Assembly (NCBI RefSeq): GCF_006345805.1
Contig: NC_043007.1
Coordinates: 12,338,001-12,402,000 of the forward strand
DNA: 64,000 nt
Origin: Octopus sinensis
Taxonomy: Eukaryota
Direction: 5' to 3'
Below, piece after piece: positions 36,732 to 51,459 of the stretch (position 1 is the stretch's first letter; each line of letters opens with the position of its first letter). Under the pieces are notes generated by a model that saw nothing but the letters and a program-made list of their open reading frames with translations, was not told the origin of the DNA and searched no databases. The position numbers were made by a program, and so were the translations under genes.

Positions 36732-38569
36732 TTCTGTTGTATCTGGGGAGAGTCATTTTCTTTTTGTGCCTTGTAATTTAACACATTCACCGGTAAAATT
36801 TCCACTTACTTCTTAATTTTATTTTCCTAAAATTTTCATTGCATCTTGCAACCTTTTCAATAGTCTTGACTCAAGGCACAAAGCCTGAAATTTTGGGGGA
36901 GGAGGCCAGTCGACTAGATTGACCCCAGTATGCAACTGGTACTTAATTTATCGACCCCAAAAGGATGAAAAGCAAAGTCAATTTTGGAGGAATTTGAAAA
37001 CAGAATGTAAAAACTGATGAAATAACGCTAAGCATTTCACGTGGTGTGCTAACAATTCTGCCAGCTCGCCACCTCATCTAACATATATATTATATCCTAT
37101 CGTATTGTATCCTACCATATCAAGCTCCCTAATTCACCAAATCCACTCATAAGGCTTTGGTCAGCCAAAGGCTATAGTAGAAAACACTTGCCCAAAGGGC
37201 CATGCAGTGGGACTGAACCCAGAACCATTTGGTTGGGAAGCAAGCTTCTTAACATACAGTCATGCCTGCGCCTATATATATATATTTGATTCCATAGCTG
37301 TGTGATTAAGAAGTCTGCTTCATAACCACATAGTTTCGGGTTCAGTTCCACTGCATGACACCTCTAGCAAGTGTCTACTATAACTCTCAGCCAATAAATA
37401 GTCTGCAAGTGAATTTGGTAGATGGAAACTGTGAGGAAGCCCATAGTCTATATATATGTGTGTGGTGTATGTATGTGTGTGTATGTGCGTATGTATGTGT
37501 GTACATCTTTTGTGTTTGTCCTTCACCACCACTTTACAACTGGTATTGGTTTGTTTGCATCCCCTGTAACTCAGCAGTTCAGCAAAGAGAGACTGATAGA
37601 ATAAGTATCACACTTATAAAGCAAGTATAAGTACTGGGGCTGATGTATTCAAATAAAAACTTCAAGGCAGTGCCCCAGCATGGCCGCAGTCCAATGACTG
37701 AAACAAGTAAAAGAAGAAGAAGACAAGGATACAGGAATACAGACAGACCATAATTCTTTGCCCTTCTTCCAAAATACTCAAGAGACCAATACTTGACACA
37801 ACAAACCATTCATGTCCCTCATTTAAATATCGAATATGGTTCCTGGTCAATCCAAACTATGGCAAACTGATTCACCAAGGAACCATAACATGCTAACTCA
37901 ATTACAAGCGACACTAATGTTCTTTTCCATTTTATTCTTCTCTTGCTGATAATTAAACAAAAAAAACTTTTAATGCCCCCAGGGAACACTGCCAGACAAT
38001 GATTTGCCAATAAAGATAACAGTCTCTACATGGTCGCTCACCCTGCTAGAAATAATAGACAAATCTCCTTCAAATTACCATACCAAAACAGACACAGTTA
38101 TAAGAGAACCTCTTGTGGAATCCTGGAGTTTTAGAAAGCACCAGTAAGGAAAATAATGGCTAAGACGAAAACGTGGATCAGCAGTGAAGAAAATGGTATA
38201 AAAGAAAAAAATATCTGTAATGAAATTAATTAGCCAAATAACTCTAGAAATGAATTTGGTTATTGCCGCAACTTTGAAATACTAAATACAAGCAGCTGCT
38301 CTGTATCTGTTTTGTTTGGAGTTTTTTCAAAGAAAAGGATTACAGTCAGCTAATTAAACTTATTGTAGTAAACTAACAGATTAATAAACCTTATCAAGAA
38401 CAAAGCTTTCGTGGAATTATACTGAAATTTCTAAATTCTACAAACTTTGTATCCAACAGAGTGAAATGCAAATTGGATAATAACAGAATGAAGAAAATTC
38501 TTTAAATGGAAATTAAGAAACCTAAATCGGAATTGCACAGTTTCCTCTGTTGTATGCAGCATGTGACAT

Positions 38570-39440
38570 CATCATCATCATCATCATCGTCGTCGTTTAA
38601 CATCTGCTTTCCATGCTGGCATGGGTTGGACAGTTTGACTGAGGACTGGAGAACCAGAGGCTGCACCAGGCTCAATCTGATCTGCATAAGTTTCTACAGC
38701 TGGATGCCCTTCCTAATCCAACCACTCCGAGAGTGTAGAGGATGCTTTTACATGACACCGGCACAAGGGCCAATCAGGCGGTTCTGGTAACAACCACACT
38801 CAAAATCTAGTTTTTACTTGCTACCTGCATGGGAGCCAGTCTGGCAGCACTGGCAATGACCACGCTCAAATGTTATCTTTCACGTGCCACCGGCACATGT
38901 GCTGGTAGGGCGACTCTGGCAACGGTCATGCTCAAATGGTGTATTTCATGTGCCACCAGCATGGGAGCCAATCCGTGGCCCTGGCAACGATCACACTCGG
39001 ATGTGCTTTTAATGTTCTACTAGTACGAGTGCCAATCAGGCGGTACTGTCATCGGCCACATCAGCGATTTTGATTTTGATTTCACTTGCTTCAATAGGTC
39101 TATATTGTCCAATGAATGAGGTGTATTCATAAGACGGCTGGTTACACCCATTGGCATAACAAATTCTTTTCCCACATGTCATTTAATTCTTTTGTAGTAG
39201 AAACCACTTATGGTGGTGCCATGAAAAAGCACTGGTGCAAATGCCACATGAAAAGCACTGGTGATGGTGCCATGTAAAAAGCACTCAGTATGCACTGTAA
39301 AGTGGTTGGCATTAGGAAGGGCATCCAGCTGTAGAAACCATGCCAAAATAGACTGTGGAACCTGGTATGGATTCTGGCCTTGCCAGCCTCTGTTAAACCA
39401 TCCAACCCATACCAGCATGGAAAGTAGATGTTATGAGGAG
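38570..39440. mobile_element. Two family C elements in opposite orientation
   Basis: Minus copy about 38570-39100; plus copy about 39210-39440. Confidence 0.75.
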
Positions 39441-41890
39441 GAGGAAAAGAAGAAGAAGAAGAAGAAGAAGAAGAAGAAGAAGAAGAAGGGGGCCAGACAA
39501 TTTCATCGACCCTAGTACATAACTGGTACTTAATTTATCGACCCCGAAAGCATGAAAGGCAAAGTCAACCTTGGTGGAATTTGAACTCAGAACGTAAAGA
39601 CAGACGAAGAAGATTATAATGGTGATAATGATGAAGTAGTAGTAGCAGTAATAGTAGTAGTAGTAGTGGTAGTAGCAGCAGCAGTAGTTACAACAACAAC
39701 AACATTCCTGCTAAAATAAACAGCTTGTTTCAATCAATTAATTTTGAAAATATTGAAGATTTTAGTAAAGCAAATTTGTCGTTACCAAGCTGATGTTTTA
39801 GCCCATAAATTAACGAGGAATTTTCATGGAAGGTTTTAATTTAGATTACTTTAGAACAGGAAGTTTGTATCAGAGAACCAAAGGTGGTCTTAAGTGAATT
39901 GCTATCAAAAGTGTGAAGAATTTTTTTCAATTCTAAAGTCCTCCACATTTTAAGTTTTCCCTTACCTACAACCATACTAATCTCCTTTAATCATTTAATC
40001 ACTTCTTTCTGCACAGAATTTTTTGACATGTTATCTTTGAGCCTTACATGTTTTTCGAACAACTCCGATCACAAATAAATCATGCTTTATATATATATTT
40101 CAACATCAAAATAAAAATTAAGTGGAATTGTAATTGTGATACCTGATGCCAGCGCCGTTTTGGTTGGCTTCCATGCCAGTGGTACGTAAAAAGCACCAAC
40201 CGATCGTGGCCGCTGCCAGCCTCCCCTGGCCCCTGTGCCAGTGGCACGTAAAATGCACCCACTACACTCACGGAGTGGTTGGCATTAGGAAGGGTATCCA
40301 GCTGTAGAAACACTACCAGATCAGACTAGAGCCTGGTGCAGCCTCCTGGCTTCTCAGACCCTGGTCAAACCGTCCAACCCATGCCAGCATGGAAAACAGA
40401 CATTCAACGATGATGATGATGATGGATATATAAAGCATGATTCATTCATGATCAGAGGCACTCATAAACCGAATACTACTGTATTAAATGAATATGAGAA
40501 AGACAGGAGATAAAGCACAATTTATTCATGGTCAGAGTTGTTTGAAAACCAAGGTACTACTGTACACATCCAATGTCTTAAAAGCAGAGGCACATGGTCT
40601 AGTGGTTAGAGCAGTGGACTCGCAGTCGAGGGACCGTGGGTTCAAATCTCAGACTGGGCACCAAAACCTTTTGAGTGCTTAGGGCCTCTATGGGTCTTAA
40701 TCCAGCTATGGTCACATTATAATGAATTATATTTCACTGTAGGGTGTCTGCTGGTCAATGTTGACCACAAACATGCACATATATAAGCAAGCCTGGCCTG
40801 GGCAACATATTTTTGAGGAAAACTAGCAGTTACCCATAAACAAAATTCTTCCCTCTCCATGCCACTAATGTTTACCCAAGAGAAAGGCTGCTAACTCGGA
40901 CCAATAAGTTTGGCACCAGAGTCATCCCAGGTGTTACTGTCAGAATACAAAGAACTGGAGCAGATATCGCAGGACATCTTACCCAACCTTCCAAAAGTTC
41001 TACCAGTCTATTGCCCTGTATTTGTACCTTTTTATCAAAGCCCAAAAAGATAAAAGGCAAAGCTGACTTCACTGGTATTTGAACTCAGAGCTTAGCAAGC
41101 CAGAACAAATATCATTAGGCTTCTCAATCCAACACTCTTAACAATTCTGCCAATTCACCATCATCATCATCATTGTTTAACGTCTGTTTTCCGTGCTAGC
41201 ATGGGTTGGACGGTTCGACCGGGGTCTGGGAAGCCAGGAGGCTGCACCAGGCTCCAGTCTGATCTGGCAGTGTTTCTACAGCTGAATGCCCTTCCTAACG
41301 CCAACCACTCCGTGACTGTAGTGGGTGCTTTTTACGTGCCACCAGCACAGGTGCCAGGGGAGACTAGCAGTGGCCACGATTGGTTGGTGCTTTTTATGTG
41401 CCACCAGCGCAGAAGCCAGGCAAGGCGGTGCTGGCATCGGCCACGTTCGGATGGTGCTTTTTATGTGCCACCGGCACAGGTATCACAACTACAATTTCCA
41501 TTTGATATTTATTTTGATGTTTTTAAAAAGCAAGTTGCATATCATGGAAGCAGAGGTAATCTCAGGTAGACAGAACGAAATGGGTTAACATATTTATCTC
41601 AGCTTTTCAATGCCTACGTAGTCTATAATTGCATAAACCGAATAATTCTGCAGATTCAATTATCAATTATTCGCGAAGATTGTTGGAACATATGTTCCAT
41701 AGTCGGATACGATATCAATTTCCTGTTACATCGACTAAGGCCACTAATAGAACCGCTGCCTCGCCTTAACTCTTTAATACCTAAATTATTATCAATGTGC
41801 AGGAAATAAAAATATTTATTTAGTTGGGTGTTTCTTTTTTTATCGGTTTCTTTCAGGGCAAGAAGTAAGGAATATGTCAAATTAACACAT

Positions 41891-41945
<55 letters not shown>

Positions 41946-42460
41946 AACACACACAATCATCATCACCACCATCGTATCTACATCCATTTTATGACTGGGG
42001 CAAGGGTTAGAAAAAATTACCGAAGCAAATATATATGTGCACACACATATATATATATATACTTTTATTCTTTTACCTGTTTCAGTCATTTGATTGTGGC
42101 CATGCTGGAGCACCACCTTTAGTCGAACAGATCGACCCCAGTACTTATTCTTTGTCACCCTAGTACTTATTCTATCGGTCTCTTTTGCTGAACCGCTAAG
42201 TTACAGGGAGCATCAGTTGTCAAGCAATGGTGGGGTTATAAACACAGATACAGACACACAAATATATATATATATATATGTATGTATATATATGACAGGC
42301 TTCTTTCAGTTTCTGTCTACCAAATCCACTCACAAGGCTTTGGTTGGCCTGAGGCTATAGTAGAAGACACTTGCCCAAGGTGCTATGCAGTGGGACTGAA
42401 CCCAGAACTATGTGTTTGGGAAGCAAGTTTCTTACCACACAACCACACCTACACCTATAT

Positions 42461-42537
<77 letters not shown>

Positions 42538-43552
42538 TACACATATTTATATATATCATCTCCCTCATTTAACATGTACTTACCATACTGGCATGAGTTG
42601 GATAGTTGGATAGGGAACTGCTGTACCAGGCACGGATGTCATCTTTGGCATTATTTCTATGGATGGATGGTCTTCTTAATGCCAACCAGTTTACAGAATG
42701 TACCAGGTGCTTTTAAGGTCACATCAGTTGTCAAGACGTGGTGGAGGACAAACTCAGTCACAAAGATACACATGCACGCTTGCACACACACACACACACA
42801 CACACACACAATGGGATTCATTCAGTTTCTTATTTCTTTATTGCCCACAAGGGGCTAAACACAGAGGGGAGAAACAAGGACAGTCAAAGTGATTAAGTCG
42901 ATTACATCGACCCCAGTGCATAACAGGTTCGTAATTTATCGACCCCGAAAGGATGAAAGGTAAAGTTGACCTTGGCGGAATTTGAACCCAGAATGTAACA
43001 GCAGACGAAATACTGCTAAGATTTCGCCCGGCATGCTAACGATTCTGCCAGTTTGCCGCTTTCAGTTTCTGTCAGCCAAATCCATTATAGCCTGAGGCTA
43101 TTGTAAAAGAGGCTTGCTCAAGGTACCACACAGTGGGACTGAACCCAGGGCCATGGTATTGGAAGGAAAATGTCTTACTACACAGCCATACCTACGCCTA
43201 GCCATACACAAATATAATTCCAATGCCAATAATTCTGGAACAGCTGCCATATATTAAGAATTCTTTCATGCAAATGTTCAAATGCTAAAGAATTCTTAGA
43301 ACATGTCCAAGCCATCGATTTTCGCATTTGAAGCATTAACATCTCTTAACAGTAGGCATTGCGGGGTTAATATAATGCCATACTTTGATCGAACGGCTTC
43401 TTTTTTTTTTATATAAGTAAGTGAAATCTATAGCAACTGCTGAATGTCTTTCATCTTTTTTTAATTGAATATAGTTTTCAAATTTTTTTCTTTTTGTTTT
43501 TTTTTGAGGGGTGGATTCAGTACATAGAAACTTCAAGGAAGCCCAACACACA

Positions 43553-44275
43553 GATACGTACGTATACATACGTACGTACGTATGTATGTGTGTATGTATG
43601 TATGTACGTATGTATGTATGTACGTACGTACGTATGTATGTATGTATATGTATATATGCATGTATGTATATATGTACGTATGTATGTATATGTATGTATG
43701 TATGTATATATGTACCTATGTATGTATATGTATGTACGTACGTATGTATGTATGTATGTATGTATGCATGTGTATGTATGTATGTATGTATGTATGTATG
43801 CATGTGTATGTATGTATGTATGTATGTATGTATGTATGTATGTATGTATGTATGTATGTATGTGTATGTATGTATGTATGTATGTATGTATGATGTATGT
43901 ATGTATGTATGTATGTATGCATGTGTATGTATGTATGTATGTATGTATGTATGTATGTATGTATGTATGTATGTATGTATGTATGTATGCATGTGTATGT
44001 ATGTATGTATGTATGTATGTATGTATGTATGTATGTATGTATGTATGTATGCATGTGTATGTATGTATGTATGTATGTATGTATGCATGAATGCATGCAT
44101 GTGTATGTATGTATGCATACATGCATGTGTATGCATGCATGTATGTATGCATGCATGTGGATGTATGTATGTATGCATGCATGCATGCATGTGTATGCAT
44201 GCATGTATGTATGCATGCATGTGGATGTATGTATGTATGCATGCATGCATGCATGTGTATGTATGTATGTATGAA
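43553..44275. repeat. (ATGT)n tetranucleotide array grading from ACGT- to ATGC-variant units
   Basis: Direct inspection; source of the HTYI/MYVC ORFs. Confidence 0.95.
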
Positions 44276-45974
44276 CGAATGAATGTAGCACAAAGTTCCT
44301 AATGCCAACCACTCTGAGAGTGTAGTGGGTGCTTTAACATGCCACCGGCAAGAGGGCCAGTCAGGCGGTACTGGCAATGACCTCGCTCGAATGGTGCTTT
44401 TTATGTGCCAACTGCACAGGAGCCAGTCCAGCGGCACTGGTGACGACTTCACTCAAATGTTTTTTTCATGTGCCACCTGCACAAGTGCTAGTAAGGCGAC
44501 GCAGGTAACAATCACATTCAAATGGTATTTTTATCGTGCCATCGGCTCGGAGGCCAGCTTGTTGCTATGGCCCCGATCTCCCTAGTATGGTACTCTTAGC
44601 GCTCCACTTGCATGGATGCCAGTCATCGAATTTGATATCACATCAGCAACATGAAAGTGTGTGTAACATGCAGATTCATATAAAATCTAATTATCCTTAA
44701 TACTTCTTTCAGTAATGGTTTAGCGAAGTGTAGAGATATGAAACTAAATTAGCTTCTGCAGAATAGTAAACCAACCAACCATTTGTCAATTATACCATCC
44801 AGCCGACATAAACCGTTATTGTGCTACTAATCTGCTTAAAATAAGTGTTTGAAACATTGTTGGCCAAAATGAACGTGGATCTTGTTTTATTAATATAATT
44901 TAATGGCTAAAATTGCATAACAGATTTTGTATATGAAGGCAGTTTTAATTTTCTGTGAGTAAAAATTAGGATATCTTTTATCTTTACCGGTTTCAGTCAT
45001 TGGACTGCAACCATAATGGGGCACCACCTTGAAGGGTTTAGACCAGTGGTTCTCAACCAGGGTCCATATGGCCCCAGAGGGTCCATACTTGAGGGTCCAC
45101 ATGTGTTTTATTATTTAAACTTGCGTCGATTCCTCTATGGTGTTGTTTTGCATTTCTAATAAAATAAATATATACAAATTATGAAAATATTGAAAAAAAA
45201 TATATAGTACAGTACTGTTTCTACTTCGTGGATTTTCACCTATCATGGGGTGTTTTGGAACATAACACCCATGATAGTCAAGGGATTACTGTATGTATAT
45301 GTATATACTCAGGTTCAAAGAGAATAAGCAAATAGAATCACAAGTAGAAGAAAAACTAAGAAGGAGAATACCCTTGATACAAAGAATGGAATGAGAACAA
45401 TCTACCTCTGTGGGTTTAATAAAGAATTTAGTTCCAAATTCAGACATTACCAAAAAGGGCAGACACTTGAGGAAGGCCAGAGTACAAGAGCCAAAAAGTG
45501 TTGTGACAGTAAGAACGCAGATGAAGACGCTAAACTGAAAATATTGGTCTATTACGATTGTCACAAATAGTTTCAATGTAGTTCAACTGCTTTGCTACAC
45601 GTATTGACAGGAAGATGAAATAGAATAGAAATGTGGAAGTCGATGATGAGAATGTAATATGACGAGAAATAACAAAAGATGCAGGTAGGAGTGTGATCGC
45701 TGGGTATGATAACTCTATTGATGATGCTTCTTCGAAAATGCATAAATGTATAATATTGGTTAGCACAAAAGGTTATAAAAGGAAACAGAATAATCCCTTT
45801 GATCTACGTAATAAAAATCCAAAACAGAGAATAAATTCAGGCTTTGTGTCTCTTGGTTGTTGTTGCTGCTGTTGTTGTTGTTATACTTTAGTCCTAGAAT
45901 TGTATAAATTTCTTCAGCTGAAAAATTCAGTTGCAAAAAATTGTGATTTACTTGCTCACAATAAAAATCTGTAA

Positions 45975-46012
45975 TATTGGGTTGTCCGGAAAGTTCGTGC
46001 CGATTTTTAACG
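45975..46012 (+). mobile_element. Isolated mariner-like TIR fragment
   Basis: TA-TTGGGTTGTCCGGAAAGTTCGTGCCGATTT resembles mariner TIRs; no partner end was found. Confidence 0.4.
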
Positions 46013-46016
46013 GTAA

Positions 46017-46141
46017 GATGACGATGATGATGACAATGGTGAGAATGACAATGACAACAACAGTGGTGGTGGTGATGATGATGATGGTGATGATGATGGT
46101 GGTGGTGATGATGATGATGATGATGATGATGATGGTGGTGA

Positions 46142-46175
<34 letters not shown>

Positions 46176-46237
46176 GATGATGATGGTGGTGATGATGGTG
46201 ATGATGATGATGGTGATGATGGTGATGATGATGATGG

Positions 46238-46268
<31 letters not shown>

Positions 46269-46292
46269 GATGGTGATGAGGATGATGATGTA
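46017..46292. repeat. (GAT/GGT)n trinucleotide array
   Basis: Direct inspection. Confidence 0.95.
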
Positions 46293-47056
46293 ACACAAAA
46301 GTTACATCATCATGAGAGACATAAGAGAAAATATTTTCATTTTTTTTTTTTTTTAATTATAAATTTAAGATTAAAGAGACCACTACTATAGAAAGGTCAT
46401 TCTAATTTTTTACACTAGACATCGTGTCACGCTTTAAATGCAACATATATATATATATAACTTTGATAGCTTCAGCCTACCTGGCTGATAGCAGGTCGTC
46501 AGTAGGATAACACCTACATCCTACATAAGTGGTTTAGCAGTTAAGAAGGTCTTCACGGAAAATGGAAAAACAATTGGTACAGCATTAAATATTTGGCGAA
46601 CTTCTGTCATTTCATTCCGTCTTATTACGCATAAAATAAGTAGAACTTAAAAAGCAAAGCAAGTGGGTACTTTAAATTATAGATAAGAAGAAAACTCCAA
46701 GACACATTAATATTGAAAGTTTATGTGAATCAAATCTTTCACAGTAGGAGAATCCTTCAACGGCATTATACTAAATGACAAGTACATTTGTCATTCAACG
46801 GATAAAGGTTAAACGCGGAAACAATTTCTGTTTCTCGTGGATCAACAACTGTAACCTTTTGTCGGGCGTTAATAAAATGGCTTCAAGGTGAAAATATTTA
46901 TAATAATGGTTAGAGATATATTTCCTTAATAACATTATAATAATTATTACAATATATATAATCAATATACATGTGTGTGTATATATATATATATACACAC
47001 ACATACATATATATATATACACATATATAGATACATACATATATATATATATATAC

Positions 47057-47468
47057 TCTTTACTCTTTTACTTGTTTCAGTCATTTGACTGCAGCCATGC
47101 TGGAGCACCGCCTTTAATCGAGCAACTCGACCCCGTGACTTATTCTTTTGTAAGCCCAGTACTTATTCTATCGGTCTCTTTTGCCGAACCGCTAAGTAAC
47201 GGGGACATAAGCACACCAGCATCGGTTGTCAAGCAATGCTAGGGGGTCAAACACAGACACACAAACACACACACACATACATATATATATATACATATAT
47301 ACGACAGGCTTCTTTCAGTTTCCGTCTACCAAATCCACTCACAAGGCTTTGGTCGGCCCGAGGCTATACTAGAAGACACTTGCCCAAGGTGCCACACAGT
47401 GGGACTGAACTCGGAACCATGTGGTTGGTAAGCAAGCTACTTACCACACAGCCACTCCTGCACCTATA

Positions 47469-47470
<2 letters not shown>
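47057..47470 (-). mobile_element. SINE family A, full length, low divergence
   Basis: Reverse complement of the consensus seen at 55130-55540. Confidence 0.88.
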
Positions 47471-47540
<70 letters not shown>

Positions 47541-48052
47541 TGCACACACAATGGGCTTCTTTCAGTTTCTGTCTACTAAATCCACTCATAAGCTTTTAGC
47601 TGGCCCAGGGTTATAGGAGACACTTTCTCAAAGTGTCACAGTGTGGGACTTCTTATGTGTTATGAAGTAAACGTTTTACTACACAGACACATATGTGCCT
47701 ATACACAAACACACACACACATACACACATATGTGTATATATATATATGCGTGCGTGAAGGCACATGGCTCAGTGGTTAGAGTGTCAAGCTTACAATCGT
47801 GAGGTTGTGAGTTTGATTCCCAGACCGGGTTGTGTGTTGTGTTCTTGAGCAAGACACTTTATGAGTGTAGTGGGTGCTTTTTACGTGCCACCGGCACAGG
47901 TGCCAGACGAGTCTGGCAAACGGCCACGATCGGATGATGCTTTTTATGTGCCACCGGCACGGGGGCCAGGCAAGGCTGGCAACGGCCACGAACGGATGGT
48001 ACTTTTTACATGCCACCGGCACGGGGACCAGGCGAGGCTATATATATATATA

Positions 48053-48440
48053 CTAGCAGTATTGCCCGGCATTGCTCGGGTTTGTTTTGACCCTTTAGAA
48101 ATGGAATTTTTGAAAAGTAAAAATTTTACATTATGTAGCTTGTTTTTCTCTTTAAACATTTTTCTGGTTGAAATACACTGAAAAATGGTGACACAGCCGT
48201 CAAAAATCGTAAAAAATAGGGATTTTCATAGGAAAAAAACATCATTTTGATGCAAATAATTTTTGATCTTTAACATAGTCCGATTTGAATTTTTTCTTCT
48301 ACGGAAAGAAGAGTAAGCCTTCTTCAATCATACTCTCAATTTTGGTCAACTTGTACTGCAGGTTCTCGGAGGAGATATTGTTAGTTGAAGGCTACCAAAC
48401 CTGCCATACACAGACAACTTCAGCTTTATATATATAGAGA
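48053..48440 (-). mobile_element. Non-autonomous Helitron
   Basis: Minus strand A|TCTCTATATATATAAAG...CCCG-AGCAATGC-CGGG-CAATACTG-CTAG|T: 5' TC, 3' CTAG, subterminal hairpin, insertion between A and T, no TSD. Confidence 0.75.
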
Positions 48441-50097
48441 TATATATAGCATTCAAGGAACATAAGACTGACATAAAATTGAAAATGGATATAGTTAACA
48501 CAAGCTAAATATATTCCAGACTGCCAAGATAATTAGTAAACACAGGAACAAAATAGAAACAGGAATAAAAAAAATTTCTACAAAAAACAAATATGTGACC
48601 ATATGAAACTCCAAAAATGCAAAATAAATTAACAGATCAGGTGGTTGATCGAAATTAAAACCTCCCCAATTTTACAAATTCTAATGAAATTTTCTTACAT
48701 TTATCAGCAAAGACTATATGATGCTTCTGCCACAATATGCCAAAATGACTAGAAATTTTATGCCAAGCATGCCATATTTGGTTCTCCTCAACCAGAGTAT
48801 TTTACTAATTGGTTCGTTATTTTGAAGATTATTACATTTTTGGACATTTTTCCACATTATTAGTTTTATCATCCAGGCACAGATGGTGGTTTTGATTTAT
48901 GGATTAGGTGATGCATTGTGTCCTTAAGCAAGACACTTCATTTTATGTTTCTCTAGTCCACTCATCTAGCTAAAAAGAGTAATCCTGCAAGGGACCAGCG
49001 TCCTGTCTAGGTGGGAGGAATATACATGCCATGAAACTGGGAAACTGGCGCTGTAGCATGGGCAAGTCTCCTCTGCAACAGCCCCAGGCTGAACATAAGA
49101 TTAAGGGGGAAATTCATGAATGCACACATACATATACATACACATGCATACATGAACATATATTATATATGCATATGCATATGTATGTATGTATGTATAT
49201 ATGTACGTATGTATGTATGTATATATGTTCGTATGTATGTATGTATCTATGTATGTACATATGTAAGGATGTACATACGTATGTGCGTATGTACATATGT
49301 ATGTGTGTATGTATGTATGTATGTACATATGTATGTATATGTGAGTACGTATGTATGTTTTCATGTATATATGTATGTATGTGTATGTATGTATGTGCTT
49401 ATGTGTGCATGCATGTCTGTATGTATGTGTGTGATATATGTACTATTGTTGGGTAACAGTCCAGAAAAGTAGTACTCAATACAAACATAGAGAACAGTAG
49501 TTTATTTAAGTTGATCCAGAGTAATAAAACCACAACACCCTGCTTAAATAAACTACAAACACAACAGGCTTCTTACAGTTTCTATTCACTAAATCCACAC
49601 ACAAGACATTGGTCAGCCCATGGCTTCAGTAGAAGACACATACTCGAATGTGCCGTGCTGTGCAATTGAACCCAAAACCACAAGACTGCAAAGCAAACTC
49701 GTTAACCACACAGCCATGCCTGTTAGGCTCAGGTCAACGTCTTCTTTCACAGTTTTCCAATTCCATATTCTTACACATCCTTTTCAATGGGTTTCGAAGA
49801 TGCAAAGCATATTGTGATCAAAATGTAATATAAATATAGAAACACAAGAAAGATGGAGTGATTTATCTGATAAACTCAAACGACTCCAAGAAGTATTAAT
49901 CTCTGAAGAATATGTAATTGTTAACGTGTTTGTTACTTCTTATTTTTTTTTTTTTTTGTTCTTTCAGCTTTTAATCAAAATATGTATTTTGAAAGTAATG
50001 CGAATCCATACAATTCAATCCATTTAAATATGTTCAAATTCACAAATGATATGTATGTATGTATGTGTGTGTGTGGTGTGTGTGTGTGTGTGTGTGT

Positions 50098-50140
<43 letters not shown>

Positions 50141-50595
50141 ATGTATGTATGTATGTATGTATGCATGCATGCATGCATGCATGTATGTATCTATGTATGT
50201 ATGCATGCATGTGTGTGTGTATATATAGACACACACAATGTATGTATACATATATATATAATGTATATATGAGTATATGTATTTATACATATGTATAATG
50301 TATATATATATATAATATATATATATATATATAATATATATATATATACAGTATATACCAATTGTGAATACATACTATGAGTGTGTGTGCATGTGTGTGG
50401 GTGTACACGTGTGTGTGTGTAATTATACATATGTATAATCTATATGCATGCATAGTCTATATGCATATATATACATGTATATATATACACATTTATATAT
50501 ATATACGCACACATACACAGATACATATACATGAATGTATGTGTATATATATTTTATATAAATATATATATATATTATATATATATATATATATA

Positions 50596-50641
<46 letters not shown>

Positions 50642-50650
50642 ATAGATTAA

Positions 50651-50684
<34 letters not shown>

Positions 50685-50764
50685 TATATATATATATATA
50701 TATATAATATATATATGCACTCACACATATACATGCATATAAACATAATATCTATACACATATT

Positions 50765-50802
<38 letters not shown>

Positions 50803-51459
50803 ATGTAGATATACAATAGATAAATGCCTATGCATGTTGCTATATTTAAACCAAAATTTTTTAATGTCAGCTTAAAGATTTTATCAGCTTTACTAACAAA
50901 TGTCTTTACTACTACTACTACTACTACTACTATTACTACTACTACTACTACTACTACTGATGCTGCTGCAACTATTAATATCTGTATATTAATACAATAG
51001 TACATTCCTACCTACTACCTTTTGCATCACGCAAAGGGAAGTAACTCAGAGAGAGAGAGAGAGAGAAGGGCTAATGGAGAGAGGAAGGAAGAAAGAAAGG
51101 ACAGCAGTCCATCGCAGCGTTACTCATTTTTGCCAGCTGAGTGGACTGGACCAATGTGAAATGAAGTGTTTTGCTCAAGAACACAACGCGTCGCCCGGTC
51201 CAGGAATTGAAACCACAATCTTATAATCATGAGTCCAACAACCTAACCACTAAGCCACTTACCTTCACAATTAATAGTCTATGGTATCTGATATACCTGT
51301 ATTTGTCTACGGTGTTTAAATAAATGCCACTGGCCACTCTGAGTTAGTTCTCTCTCTTTCCTCATTTTTGTTTAATTAAAGCATTAACACCTGGATAAAG
51401 CATCAATAGCCAGGTAAATCATTGTAACTCAGGTACAGCAATCATTATTTTAAGTGCCT

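Noticed and set aside
37876-37945. KRRIKWKR resembling homeodomain helix 3 after a good acceptor
   Set aside because: The invariant Asn51 and preceding WF are absent, and no other homeobox exon was found.
43336-44452. Long ORFs (up to 311 aa) rich in HTYI/MYVC
   Set aside because: They are translations of the (ATGT)n array; the same applies to the YI/HT/CV ORFs at 12.4, 16.3, 21.2, 29.4, 50.0 and 59.6 kb.
45760-46298. Poly-His / poly-Met-Val ORFs
   Set aside because: A (GAT/GGT)n microsatellite open in several frames on both strands, with no flanking domain.
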